Numbered from the stretch's first letter, positions 9,305-18,734 are shown. The stretch is 64,000 nucleotides of DNA from Candidatus Nomurabacteria bacterium (GCA_023898465.1 CP060223.1:96001-160000), one strand, 5' to 3'. Made by a program: numbers and translations. The notes: generated by a model from the letters alone, not told the origin.

Positions 9305-9334
9305 CGCCTGTTCACTTTCTTTTACTGAGTTGTA

Positions 9335-11107
9335 ATGTTACGCAATATTCTTGTCATTCTCGGACTCGCCATTTCACTCACCAGCTTCACGCCAAAGCAG
9401 GAGAGTCGCGATGGCGTGTATGCGTTTACCACGCCTCCTTTAAGTATTGGTCAAGGAGTGGTGGTGACAAATGATGGCATTGTGATTGGCGATGGCGTGA
9501 CTGATTCCCGGCAAGGAATACAGGAGCTGCTTAGTGGTGATGACTTGGAACATTTTCTTGACCAAAGCTCTCAGCAGTTTGATGCCGTAGAGCTGCGTAT
9601 CTGGACATGGTTCCTGGGTCAAAACGATTTTACTATTGGCACGGTGAATAATTTCCTTGCCCGTGCTCATGCCCACGGCTTGCAAGTGTACTTAAATACT
9701 TGGGAATATCCTGGCACACATCCCGACCTTCTGCCTGCTGAGTATCAGGCATATAAACTTGCTGACACCGGACAACGCGTGCCGGCCCTAGTGAATGATG
9801 GACAAATCAGCGCGCAGCACATTGATAAAGCAAACCCCGCTGCACTGGAATGGATGAGTGGGCAACTGCGGAGTGCGCTGACTTCTTTTGACGTTTTCGA
9901 TGGATACCTCATTGTTGAGGATAGGGTTTCCGATTGGGTGCATGGGTCTTTCCCACAGTATGTACGTTATTGGGATTCACCGACCTATTCCGATGCAGCG
10001 CTTGATTCATTTCAACATTATCTCCTACTGCATGGTCAGGATGCAACACAGCGATTCCCAGTGGATCGTCCGGAGTTAGTTTCTCAATTCACCCAGTATG
10101 TTCCTTCAGCCCCAGAAAGTGCTTTATGGAAGTATTGGTATCAATGGCGCTTTGAACTTTTTGCTGACTATGTGGAGAGTCTGAGTAATGCGGTGAAGTC
10201 AGTGCAAAGGGTGCCAGTGCTTTACATGCCTTGGCAACGTGTGGTGGATGAATTTGATTACGCCTACGCTGATGATTGGTCAGCCAATCGTTGGGATGTT
10301 GGATACGGTCCGGGCAATCCCGAGAATGCCATCTTCGGCGTCTCGCTTCACACCCTGGCAAAACGCGGATCAATTGATGCCTACGTGCATGAATTTGGAG
10401 AGGATGGTACGCATGAGCTCTGGCCAATGTCTTTTAATGCGCTGCAGTTAGAAAAAGCCAAAATTGCTTTGTCAGATTCTTATGTTACCCTAGGCAGCTT
10501 TATTCAATTTTTTAATTACGAAGGTAGAGAAATAGTTTCCCCTGAACTACTTCAAGATGCCTTAGCCATCGGACGGCAAAACGAGGCAAAGATTTTTGTA
10601 GCTTACGATGTTGCCACACTGTATGATCGTTCAGGTCGCTATGATGCACATACCTCAGCGCTTTGGCAGCAAGCAAGAACACATGCATATGCCATTGATG
10701 AAGAGGAAATCCGAAACGCAAGTCAGCTAGCGCCAGCGCAGGTTTTTGCTCGAAAATTACCTGAACAGATTCCAGAAGGAGTGGCCGCCTGGACTGCCGA
10801 TGATGGGTATGTGTATGTGCGGACCGAGGCTCTGCCCGGTAACGGACCATACTATGTCGTATACGATCACTGGAATGCACCACTACTTGATGCGCAGCAC
10901 CTTATGGAATACTATCCAGAGCATGGTTTAGTCGCTATACATGCTGATGGGTTAAAAGGCGCTGCTTTTCAAATCATTACTCCGGGACCGCAGGGTAGCG
11001 TCGCGTGGTCAGAAATTCGTGAACAGCTTTGTGAGCTGGGGTATCAAGGGATCGTATGTAGCCCAAATAGTTGGCTTTATCAACCAGTGGGGCTTCATTC
11101 CATGTAG
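9335..11107 (+). CDS. Secreted hypothetical protein, 590 aa, possibly a glycoside-hydrolase-like TIM barrel.
   Basis: Signal peptide MLRNILVILGLAISLTS. No family recognised with confidence. GC about 50%, intermediate between the island and the host. Confidence 0.5.
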   Translation: MLRNILVILGLAISLTSFTPKQESRDGVYAFTTPPLSIGQGVVVTNDGIVIGDGVTDSRQGIQELLSGDDLEHFLDQSSQQFDAVELRIWTWFLGQNDFTIGTVNNFLARAHAHGLQVYLNTWEYPGTHPDLLPAEYQAYKLADTGQRVPALVNDGQISAQHIDKANPAALEWMSGQLRSALTSFDVFDGYLIVEDRVSDWVHGSFPQYVRYWDSPTYSDAALDSFQHYLLLHGQDATQRFPVDRPELVSQFTQYVPSAPESALWKYWYQWRFELFADYVESLSNAVKSVQRVPVLYMPWQRVVDEFDYAYADDWSANRWDVGYGPGNPENAIFGVSLHTLAKRGSIDAYVHEFGEDGTHELWPMSFNALQLEKAKIALSDSYVTLGSFIQFFNYEGREIVSPELLQDALAIGRQNEAKIFVAYDVATLYDRSGRYDAHTSALWQQARTHAYAIDEEEIRNASQLAPAQVFARKLPEQIPEGVAAWTADDGYVYVRTEALPGNGPYYVVYDHWNAPLLDAQHLMEYYPEHGLVAIHADGLKGAAFQIITPGPQGSVAWSEIREQLCELGYQGIVCSPNSWLYQPVGLHSM

Positions 11108-11135
11108 GGAGTTCTTTGTCAGAGGAGGAGTGAAT

Positions 11136-11600
11136 ATGCAGTGGAGGTTGTGGATCTACGTGTTGGCTTGCGTACTGTGCGCATCGCAGTCTGCGTACGG
11201 TCAGTCTGAGCAATTCCAGCCAATGTACAGCATAGCGCCAGAGTATCCACTTTCAGCGTGGATTGCTGGTGAGTCTGGGTCGGTGATGGTGGGAATGCAG
11301 ATTGACCCGGTCGGCCGTGTGGAGGAGGTCTGGGTTCAGTCTTCAACAAGCTCGTTGTTTGAGCGGTATGCGCTCGAGGCGGCGAAGCAGTGGGTTTTTG
11401 TACCGATCATGCCCATGGTGGATCTGATCGACGCGGTGGATGGCGTTATGGTCTTGCGTAGAATTCCGGAGCTTGAAACAGCGAGTTACCTGGAAACACA
11501 TCCGGGAATCATTGACAGTCTCGTCTACGAGTGGACGGAAAAACAGGACCAACCGTCCCCGGTCCGTAGCGTCAGTATCCCTTTCAATTTCAACCACTAA
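11136..11600 (+). CDS. TonB C-terminal-domain protein, short form.
   Basis: ATG 7 nt after AGGAGG. Signal/anchor MQWRLWIYVLACVLCASQSAYG. Block SIAPEYPLSAW..GESGSVMVGMQIDPVGRVEEVWVQSS..LFERYALEAAKQWVFVP matches the TonB_C fold signature (PxYP...G.V.v.f.id..G.v.dv.v..S....LD.aAl.av..w.f.P). Confidence 0.5.
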   Translation: MQWRLWIYVLACVLCASQSAYGQSEQFQPMYSIAPEYPLSAWIAGESGSVMVGMQIDPVGRVEEVWVQSSTSSLFERYALEAAKQWVFVPIMPMVDLIDAVDGVMVLRRIPELETASYLETHPGIIDSLVYEWTEKQDQPSPVRSVSIPFNFNH

Positions 11601-11634
11601 GTACGAGCCGCTTATCCTCTGGGTAGGCGGCTTT

Positions 11635-11832
11635 CTATATATTCAAATCAAGCGATTGAATCAAGACAGGCAGAAGAAGCAGTACGCCAATCAAGGGGAG
11701 TAAGAATAAGAGAAGGTTGGCAACTAAGGACCATAGGAAATATTTCCGCGTTTTTTCTGTTGACTGATAGATGGCCTTGAGTAAAGCATCTTGATCATCA
11801 AGTCGTTTTTTTAGTTCGTCGTCCATATGCAT
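11635..11832 (-). CDS. Small membrane protein, hypothetical.
   Basis: ORF with hydrophobic C-terminal half, immediately downstream of 11832-12221. Confidence 0.3.
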   Translation of the reverse strand: MHMDDELKKRLDDQDALLKAIYQSTEKTRKYFLWSLVANLLLFLLPLIGVLLLLPVLIQSLDLNI

Positions 11833-12221
11833 TAACTTAAGAAATCAAGGTAAATGCCAATAAGAATGGCCAGTGTTGAAGAGGTAAATATGACAATATA
11901 GTTCCAGCGTTCTTTCGATGAGCCAAGCGTTGTAAAGATATAACGCATTGCAGATCGCTCTTCCTCTGATAGGTTATCAAGTGATTGAATACGTTCAGCG
12001 AGCTTATATTCAGCAATGACACGCGCTCTTTTTTTCGCAACTTGGTAACGATGCAAAAAATAGAGCACAAAACCGACCGTACCAAAATACCAGACCACTT
12101 GCACCCAAACTGTTCCGATATTGTTCAGTACAATAATACTGCGATAGGCGATGGTGGCAAGTATGCCTATCCAAAAAAAGAGTAAGCGAAGTCCTGCCGA
12201 ATGAGGTTTCAAGGTTTCCAT
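11832..12221 (-). CDS. Membrane protein, hypothetical (3-4 TM).
   Basis: ORF with several hydrophobic helices, adjacent to the flavodoxin gene. Confidence 0.4.
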   Translation of the reverse strand: METLKPHSAGLRLLFFWIGILATIAYRSIIVLNNIGTVWVQVVWYFGTVGFVLYFLHRYQVAKKRARVIAEYKLAERIQSLDNLSEEERSAMRYIFTTLGSSKERWNYIVIFTSSTLAILIGIYLDFLS

Positions 12222-12700
12222 TACTTGCTGTTTGCTTTATCTAGTACATGTGTAGCCCAGGCCTGTACACGCTGACGATTTTTATCCAAATCGTAGAAAT
12301 AATGAAGCAGCCGAAGTGTTGCGCCTATCTTTTTTCCACCTACATCAGTAACCAATTTTTCGAGGTGGTCAGCAGCCGCGCAAGTTTCTTGATACGATTC
12401 GTCACCTAATCCGTAGACAGCAAAATTTTGCTTATGCAAGGAGACGCCATGAAGTTTTTCAACCAGTTCCCGCATATGTTGTTGCAGTTGACCTTCTAGA
12501 CGTTTACCATCTTCAGTAATATGTTCCCAGGTACAGGAGCCTAGGAAAACAAAATCCGGCTGGCGAAGCTCCTCTGCTTGTACAGAATCGGCCCGGCGGA
12601 TATGTACGGTGTGTCCAGCTTCTTGCCAGACTGATGCGATTTGTTTGGCCACGTCCAGCGTGCCGCCGGAATTCGTGCCATAGACAATGAAAACCTCCAT
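12221..12700 (-). CDS. Flavodoxin, short-chain.
   Basis: MEVFIVYGTNSGGT... C-terminal portion of the 232 aa six-frame ORF. The N-terminal part of that ORF overlaps the tRNA and is not coding. Confidence 0.75.
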   Translation of the reverse strand: MEVFIVYGTNSGGTLDVAKQIASVWQEAGHTVHIRRADSVQAEELRQPDFVFLGSCTWEHITEDGKRLEGQLQQHMRELVEKLHGVSLHKQNFAVYGLGDESYQETCAAADHLEKLVTDVGGKKIGATLRLLHYFYDLDKNRQRVQAWATHVLDKANSK

Positions 12701-12792
12701 ATATATATAGTGTACGGTATTTTCTCGCATTCGGCTACTGTAGGATGTTGTAAAAAAGAAAAAGAACGGACACATAGCCCATTCTTTTTCTT

Positions 12793-12867
12793 TGGCTCCG
12801 GGGACAGGGATCGAACCTGCGACCAAGTGGTTAACAGCCACCTGCTCTACCACTGAGCTACCCCGGA
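12793..12867 (-). tRNA. tRNA-Asn (anticodon GTT).
   Basis: Reverse complement TCCGGGGTAGCTCAGTGGTAGAGCAGGTGGCTGTTAACCAC...GGTTCGATCCC...CCCCGGAGCCA. Anticodon loop CTGTTAA. CCA is encoded. A promoter (TTGCCA, 17 nt spacer, TACACT) lies on the minus strand at 12883-12919. Confidence 0.9.
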
Positions 12868-13047
12868 ATACACCCACTTGAACGAAGCCTAGTGTAGCGT
12901 GCTCAGCCTTTCTTGGCAACTATAGGCTTGAAAGAATAAGGCATTGACAAATGTATCATATATAGTATGATGGAATTGCTTGTTAGCTCTTTGCATCAAC
13001 GAGACACGTTGTTCGGCAAAGCTGACATCTAGAAAAAGGAGTATGAG

Positions 13048-13230
13048 ATGAGTGAAGGTAGCTCTGGGGGCGGACTCGCTTCTTTGTTGGGCCTTCTTTT
13101 CGGCGCTCTGATTTGGCAAGGACTTGCTGAGCGAACGCACGCGAAGGACAAGCCGCCGCCCGTTCAGAAGCCTGAACCTGCACCAGCCCCAGCACCGCGT
13201 CCAGTCATTCCGTTTCGGGAGCACAAGTAA
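13048..13230 (+). CDS. Small Pro-rich membrane protein, hypothetical.
   Basis: AAAGGAG RBS 7 nt upstream. Promoter TTGACA, 16 nt spacer, TATGAT at 12944-12971. Hairpin terminator at about 13259-13300. Confidence 0.4.
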   Translation: MSEGSSGGGLASLLGLLFGALIWQGLAERTHAKDKPPPVQKPEPAPAPAPRPVIPFREHK

Positions 13231-13347
13231 CCAAGGGGTAGGGAATGCGTGTCTTATCAAAGATCCGTCACAGGGATATGACGGATCTTTTCTTTTACAC
13301 AAAACGGAGCCCGTGAGCTCCGCTTTGCCTTCGCCTGAGTATTGCGA

Positions 13348-14580
13348 CTAGTAATCTTTGAGTTTACGCATGCCTTCATGTGACTGGATTTTTTCCAGTG
13401 CCTTAGCTTCAATCTGTCGGATACGCTCACGGGTCACGCCAAATTCCTGACCCACTTCCTCCAGGGTATGTGCGACACCGTCAGTTAGTCCGAAACGCAT
13501 CTCCAGGATTTTTTGCTCGCGAGGTTGTAGCTCGCGAATGATTTGCTGCACGTGATCTTTCAGTAGTTGCATCGCTGCAACACGATCCGGCGAAACCGAT
13601 TTCACATCTTCAATGAAATCGCCCAGGGTTGAGTCTTCGTCACCTTCACCCACGGAAGTTTCCAAGGAGACAGTGTCTTGGCTGATTTTGATGATTTGGT
13701 GAATTTTCTCAACCGGTTCACCCATTTCCGCGGCGATTTCTTCTGGCAGTGGTTCACGACCCAGATCTTGGATAAGCTGCCGTTCAATCTGCTGGAATTT
13801 ATTAATCGTTTCAACCATGTGTACCGGGATGCGGATAGTTCTTGATTGATCAGCGAGAGCGCGAGTAATGGCTTGGCGAATCCACCAAGTAGCATAGGTA
13901 GAGAATTTATATCCTTTACGATAATCGAATTTCTCTACTGCGCGGAAGAGTCCAATGTTACCCTCCTGAATGAGGTCAAGCAGAGAAAGTGATCGACCAG
14001 TAAACTTCTTCGCAATGGACACGACGAGACGTAGGTTTGCTTCAACCAAGCGACGGTGCGCTTCTTGCTCACCTCGTTCTTTACGTTTTGCTAAAGCCAC
14101 CTCTTCTTCAGTGGTTAACAAAGGCACCTTGCCGATTTCTCGAAGGTACATCTGGATAGAGTCGTTGGAGATATCACCCAGGTCGAAGTGTCGTTCCTCA
14201 GTGCTGAGGCCAATTTTTTCTCGAATGCTGGATTGATCGTCGTTGAGATTGAGAATGCTTTCTCCAGTTTCCACCACACTGATGCCTTGCATCTCGAAGC
14301 GATCAAGGAGCGTATCGTAGTAGTCCAGATACTCTTCTAATTCAGGTAGGGCAAAAAGAATCTCCGTTTCAGTTACAAAACCGCGAATACGTCCCTTGTG
14401 CACAAGCTGGTCTACTGCTGCAGCATCTGGTTCAATCGGCGCCTTAGCTTTTGCGCGTGGCTTCGTAGTGGTCTTTGCTTTGCCTGTAGTTTTTTTCTTT
14501 GCTACCGCTTTTGTGCTCTTTACTTTTTTTGTTTTTTTTACACTTTTGGTCGACTTCTTGGCAGGAGACTTTTTCTTCAT
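13348..14580 (-). CDS. rpoD: RNA polymerase primary sigma factor RpoD, with a Lys-rich N-terminal tail.
   Basis: Regions 2-4 motifs present ([40 protein letters not shown]). A terminator hairpin cggagctcacgggctccg followed by TTTTG lies downstream on the minus strand. Confidence 0.95.
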   Translation of the reverse strand: MKKKSPAKKSTKSVKKTKKVKSTKAVAKKKTTGKAKTTTKPRAKAKAPIEPDAAAVDQLVHKGRIRGFVTETEILFALPELEEYLDYYDTLLDRFEMQGISVVETGESILNLNDDQSSIREKIGLSTEERHFDLGDISNDSIQMYLREIGKVPLLTTEEEVALAKRKERGEQEAHRRLVEANLRLVVSIAKKFTGRSLSLLDLIQEGNIGLFRAVEKFDYRKGYKFSTYATWWIRQAITRALADQSRTIRIPVHMVETINKFQQIERQLIQDLGREPLPEEIAAEMGEPVEKIHQIIKISQDTVSLETSVGEGDEDSTLGDFIEDVKSVSPDRVAAMQLLKDHVQQIIRELQPREQKILEMRFGLTDGVAHTLEEVGQEFGVTRERIRQIEAKALEKIQSHEGMRKLKDY

Positions 14581-14623
14581 ACGTAAAAAGTTGCGCTAGA
14601 GAGTGAGAAATGAGAGCGATGTC

Positions 14624-16411
14624 TTATTCAGACAAGGCGTTGCGGCGAGCGCTTAGCTCACTAAATTGTTCGAGCAAGTGCTGTACCTGCTCCTGATTTT
14701 GCTCTGTCTCTGCCTGACGAAGGGCTGCTTGGACTGTTGCGATGGACTGCTCGATGCTTCGTTTGAGGAGGAAATGTGCGCAAGTGCGCAGCTCTTTTGA
14801 GAGCTCTCCAGTTTGGCGTCCATCAAAATATTGTGCAGCGAATAATTGAAGCTGCGGAATCTCAGAAGCGAGTTCCGGTGCTCGGCGTGTTATTTCGCGT
14901 TGCAAATCGTCAAGACTGACAGAGTGGTTACTAGTATACTGATCTCGTAGTATCTTGTAAAGGGTGTGATAGGGGGGGTGAAGCAGCTCAGCCTGGAAGT
15001 CCGCTGGCAGCGAGTCAAGGAATTCTAGCTGATGGATGAGTAGGGCGGCGAGAAGTTGACTGACCTGCCAATGGCGACCTTGGCGTGGTTGCGCTACTTG
15101 CGCGGGATTTACTGTGCTTGCTTTTGGTCGAGGCGTTTTTCCTTTTTGCATTTGTTCTCGTAGCAACTCCTCATTCACCTGGACGGCCTGCGCAAGTTTC
15201 GAGAGATAGTGACTCTGCTCAACGGGATTTGCCACCATGGTAAGTAAAGGAAGGAGATTTTTTACTGCCTTCTTTTTATCATCAACCTTTGTCAGATCAA
15301 GCGGGGCAAAAGTGCTGCGAAGCGCATAGTCGAGATAAGGCTCTGCTTTTGCCACTGCCTCGGGCCAAGCTTTTGGATCTTGTCGAATTAATTCATCCGG
15401 GTCTTTGCCGCTTGGTACGCTGATGACCTTAATGGTAAATTCTTGCTGCAAGGCTAGCTCAATACCGCGACGGGTAGCTGATTGTCCGGCCATGTCAGTA
15501 TCAAAGCCGATGAGGAGAGTATCAGTGAAGCGTCGGATAAGCTTCAATTGATCAGTGGTAAGCGCTGTTCCACTAGCAGCGATCGCCTGCGTGACGCCAA
15601 CGCGATGTGAGGCAATCACGTCCAGATAGCCTTCCACAACAATTGCATAACCAGCACTTCGGATTGACTGCTTCGCCAGATGCAGGCCATAGAGCACTGT
15701 GCTTTTGTTATACACGTCGCTTTGCGGGGAGTTCACATACTTTGCCGCATCCTCAGGTGCTGGCGGCATTACGCGACCACCAAAGCCAATCACATTGCCG
15801 TGCACATCAGCAATTGGAAACATGAGTCGGTTGCGGAAGCGGTCATAATAGCGAGCGCTACCTTCTTTTTGCTGGAGTAGGCCAGCTCGGGCCATGTCGA
15901 GGTCCTTGATATTTTTTTTGGCTAAAGCGTTTTTTACATTTTCCCAGCCCTCTGGCGCAAAGCCGATTTGGAAGTTTTCAATGTCCTCGCTCGTAATACT
16001 CCTCTGCTCTATATACTGCCGCGCCGAGGCTGCTTCTTTCGCCCGCAGGAGGACTTGGTGATAAAAACGAGACGCAGTAGCCAGGATATCCAGCAGGTGC
16101 GTTCGTTGATCTTGCAGTTTGGGGTCAAAGCGAGGAATCTCGACATTGGCCTTCTTTGCCAGCAGGCGGAGTGTCTCAGGGAAGTCCATACCTTCCATCT
16201 CTTGGATAAAGGTAAAGAGATCACCACCTTTACCACAGCCAAAGCAGTGCCAGATGCCATTTGCTCGATCCACCATAAAGGAAGGTGTCTTTTCATGGTG
16301 AATAGGACACAGAGCCTTATGATACTTCCCGGATGGTTTGAGCGTGACGTACTCGCCAATCAGCTCAACCAGGTCCAGACGCTGCTTAATTTCATCGGTG
16401 ACTTGGGCCAT
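14624..16411 (-). CDS. dnaG: DNA primase DnaG.
   Basis: CHC2 zinc finger CPIHHEKTPSFMV..WHCFGCGKGGD, followed by TOPRIM region. Immediately upstream of rpoD, which is the classic operon arrangement. Confidence 0.95.
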   Translation of the reverse strand: MAQVTDEIKQRLDLVELIGEYVTLKPSGKYHKALCPIHHEKTPSFMVDRANGIWHCFGCGKGGDLFTFIQEMEGMDFPETLRLLAKKANVEIPRFDPKLQDQRTHLLDILATASRFYHQVLLRAKEAASARQYIEQRSITSEDIENFQIGFAPEGWENVKNALAKKNIKDLDMARAGLLQQKEGSARYYDRFRNRLMFPIADVHGNVIGFGGRVMPPAPEDAAKYVNSPQSDVYNKSTVLYGLHLAKQSIRSAGYAIVVEGYLDVIASHRVGVTQAIAASGTALTTDQLKLIRRFTDTLLIGFDTDMAGQSATRRGIELALQQEFTIKVISVPSGKDPDELIRQDPKAWPEAVAKAEPYLDYALRSTFAPLDLTKVDDKKKAVKNLLPLLTMVANPVEQSHYLSKLAQAVQVNEELLREQMQKGKTPRPKASTVNPAQVAQPRQGRHWQVSQLLAALLIHQLEFLDSLPADFQAELLHPPYHTLYKILRDQYTSNHSVSLDDLQREITRRAPELASEIPQLQLFAAQYFDGRQTGELSKELRTCAHFLLKRSIEQSIATVQAALRQAETEQNQEQVQHLLEQFSELSARRNALSE

Positions 16412-16492
16412 ACCTGCATTCTGTCTTAGCTGAGCAAAAAGAACAAGTCAAGCTTCCTTGACAGCAGGGTGATGCTACAGTAGGCTCTGAAT

Positions 16493-16700
16493 ACGCACAT
16501 TAGTATCTCACTTCATAGATGAGGAACTCCGGTGAAAATCCGGGGCACTGCCGGTACGGTATCCTACCTTCGCTAAAGCTATGGTGGGGAGCCCGATACT
16601 CAGCTATGTTGTTTCAATCGTTCTTCCTCCGAGCAGAGGACAAGGCGTGCAAGTGCACTGTGCGTTATGACTTCTGCTCGAAACAGAAGTTTTATTCTTA
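16493..16700 (+). ncRNA. Candidate cobalamin (B12) riboswitch leader ending in an intrinsic terminator.
   Basis: Promoter TTGACA(16458), 17 nt spacer, TAGGCT. Leader contains gAGGAActCCGGTGAAAATCCggggCactGCCggtACGGTA, which resembles the B12-element core. Terminator acttctg-ctcgaaa-cagaagt followed by TTTTATTCTT at 16670-16700. The downstream gene is DUF4430. Confidence 0.45.
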
Positions 16701-16712
16701 TCTCAAAAAAGT

Positions 16713-17555
16713 ATGCGAGTATTTCAGGTATTCTTGTTTGTCCTCATGATGAGTTTCAGTTTGCCCGTAGTGGCGCAGACGAGCGCTCCTCAAGTAAATG
16801 TAAGAGTTGAATCCGCGGATTCCACCTTGTTCAATAGTTCGGTGCTGGTCGACGCCTGTACGGTGACTGATACCAGTGGAGATGTGCATGAGTATGCTGC
16901 TGGCGCAGGAGTTTGTGCAATGGTGGCAGCGGCCGATCAAGCGGGAATCAGCTACAGTTTTCAAAATTTTGATTTTGGTCTTTTGTTGGCTGCGGTGAAT
17001 GGTGTAGATAATGGAACTGATGAAAACTGGATCTATTGGGTGAATGATAAGGCGGCAACAGTTGGGATGACAGACTATGTATTGCAAGAAGGTGATGAGT
17101 TTCTATTAGCGTACGTGCCCTGGACTGCCTCACCACTTCGCTTAACGCTTGAAGAAAGTGCAACACAGGCAGGTGAAGCTATCGCGCGGGTGACTGCGTA
17201 TTCGATTGATGATGATGCTTTTCTCCCAGTCGATGGAGCAAAGGTGAAGGTAGGAGAAGTCGAGGGTGTAAGCAACGCAGCTGGTGAAGTAACCCTGCGA
17301 GCAAGTGCAGCTGGTCGCTATATGGTGCAAGCGGAAAAAGAAGGATATGTCCGCAGCACTATGCAAGATTTTCATCCAGAGGATGTTGCGACAGATGCCG
17401 AATCTGATGAAGAAGGTGTAGTGGTGCTCAGCTCAGCCGATGCTACGGCCTCAGAGTCTGATCAATTCTCTACTACGCAAAGAACCGTGCTTTGGTTAGC
17501 CGGAATCGGCGTCCTACTTGCCTTTAGTATTGGCTTTTTCCGTCGAAACGGATAA
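16713..17555 (+). CDS. DUF4430-family surface protein (B12-binding BtuG-like family) with a C-terminal TM anchor.
   Basis: Signal peptide. Core ...LVDACTVTD...ENWIYWVNDKAATVGMTDYVLQEGDEFLLAYV matches the DUF4430 signature (W.Y.VNg..a.vG...Y.l.dGD.i.f.Y). C-terminal hydrophobic anchor. Confidence 0.6.
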   Translation: MRVFQVFLFVLMMSFSLPVVAQTSAPQVNVRVESADSTLFNSSVLVDACTVTDTSGDVHEYAAGAGVCAMVAAADQAGISYSFQNFDFGLLLAAVNGVDNGTDENWIYWVNDKAATVGMTDYVLQEGDEFLLAYVPWTASPLRLTLEESATQAGEAIARVTAYSIDDDAFLPVDGAKVKVGEVEGVSNAAGEVTLRASAAGRYMVQAEKEGYVRSTMQDFHPEDVATDAESDEEGVVVLSSADATASESDQFSTTQRTVLWLAGIGVLLAFSIGFFRRNG

Positions 17556-17600
17556 GGGTTTGGTCAGGGCAGTATCAACTTGATATACTGATACTGCCCT

Positions 17601-18599
17601 ATGACCACCTTATCAAAAAACGAACAGGGGATACTCGCCACCTTGGCATATTTTGATGTATTTGATTATCCTTTGCGTGAAGAGGAAATACTGCGCTGGT
17701 TTTACGTCACCTCTCCAAGCGAGCATTGGGAAAAGTCGACCGTCCAAGAAACCCTACGACACAGTCAGGCTTTGTCCGAGTATATTGAGCAGCGTGAGGG
17801 TTGGTATACCTTAAAACATCGAGGTCAGCTCATTGAACGTCGAGTTCAGCGAAGGAGGATAAGTATGCGAAAATGGCGAATCGCTCGTTTTGCTACTCGC
17901 TTGCTTCGGGTTATTCCTTTTATTCGCATGGTGGCGGTTTGCAACACGCTGGCTTTAAATAATGCCAGAGAAGAGAGTGACATTGATTTTTTCATTATTG
18001 CGCGTCAGGGTCGTATGTGGACCATGCGTTTCCTCACAACGACCCTGCTTGATTTTGCTCGCATACGGCGCAAGGGCGCGGCGATTAAGGATAAAATTTG
18101 TCTGAGTTTCTATGTAACTGACGCGGCTATGAATTTGGAGCCTTTGCGTTTGCAGCCGGTTGACCCGCACTTTGTGTATTGGGCTGATCAGTTTGTCCTG
18201 TTGTATGACACTGCCGCAGTGTTTCAGGACTACCAGCAGGCGAATGTCTGGGGCAAGCAATATTTGCCCTTTGCCTTTTCTCAGTCTTCCCAGCCACAGA
18301 TACGAGATACCTTATTGACCAGCATGATGAAGCAAAGCGCGGAGTGGATTTTAGGTGGGCGTATTGGCGATTGGTTTGAGAAGTTCTTCCGTCGCATTCA
18401 GCTGCGCAAGATGGATCGGAATGTGCATAGCCGAGCATGGGAGAATGACAGTCAGGTGATTATCTCTGACAACATCCTCAAATTTCATGAGCAAGATCGA
18501 CGCGAAGAATATCGCCGTCTTTTTGAAGGCCGCTTATGGGAAATTTTGCGCAAGCCACGACCCGTAGTAGGGGAAGAGCATAGACCGCCTTTGGAGTGA
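17601..18599 (+). CDS. Hypothetical protein with a nucleotidyltransferase-fold-like motif.
   Basis: CNTLALNNAREESDIDFFII resembles the pol-beta NTase G[SG]..(D/E)h(D/E)h motif. No confident family assignment. Confidence 0.45.
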   Translation: MTTLSKNEQGILATLAYFDVFDYPLREEEILRWFYVTSPSEHWEKSTVQETLRHSQALSEYIEQREGWYTLKHRGQLIERRVQRRRISMRKWRIARFATRLLRVIPFIRMVAVCNTLALNNAREESDIDFFIIARQGRMWTMRFLTTTLLDFARIRRKGAAIKDKICLSFYVTDAAMNLEPLRLQPVDPHFVYWADQFVLLYDTAAVFQDYQQANVWGKQYLPFAFSQSSQPQIRDTLLTSMMKQSAEWILGGRIGDWFEKFFRRIQLRKMDRNVHSRAWENDSQVIISDNILKFHEQDRREEYRRLFEGRLWEILRKPRPVVGEEHRPPLE

Positions 18600-18619
18600 G
18601 TTTTCAATTATCTCTTAAC

Positions 18620-18648
18620 TTGACAGGGATTTTGCTTTTTCTTATACT
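18620..18648 (+). promoter_or_regulatory. Sigma70 promoter of groESL.
   Basis: TTGACA(18620-18625), 17 nt spacer, TATACT(18643-18648). Confidence 0.7.
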
Positions 18649-18661
18649 GCGAACGCAGTAT

Positions 18662-18688
18662 TTAGCACTCTATAAATTTGAGTGCTAA
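18662..18688 (+). promoter_or_regulatory. CIRCE operator (HrcA binding site).
   Basis: TTAGCACTC-N9-GAGTGCTAA, a perfect match to the CIRCE consensus, between the promoter and groES. Confidence 0.9.
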
Positions 18689-18734
18689 TTTACTCCCTTA
18701 GATACTTATCTCATTAGTAATACCGTAATCTACT

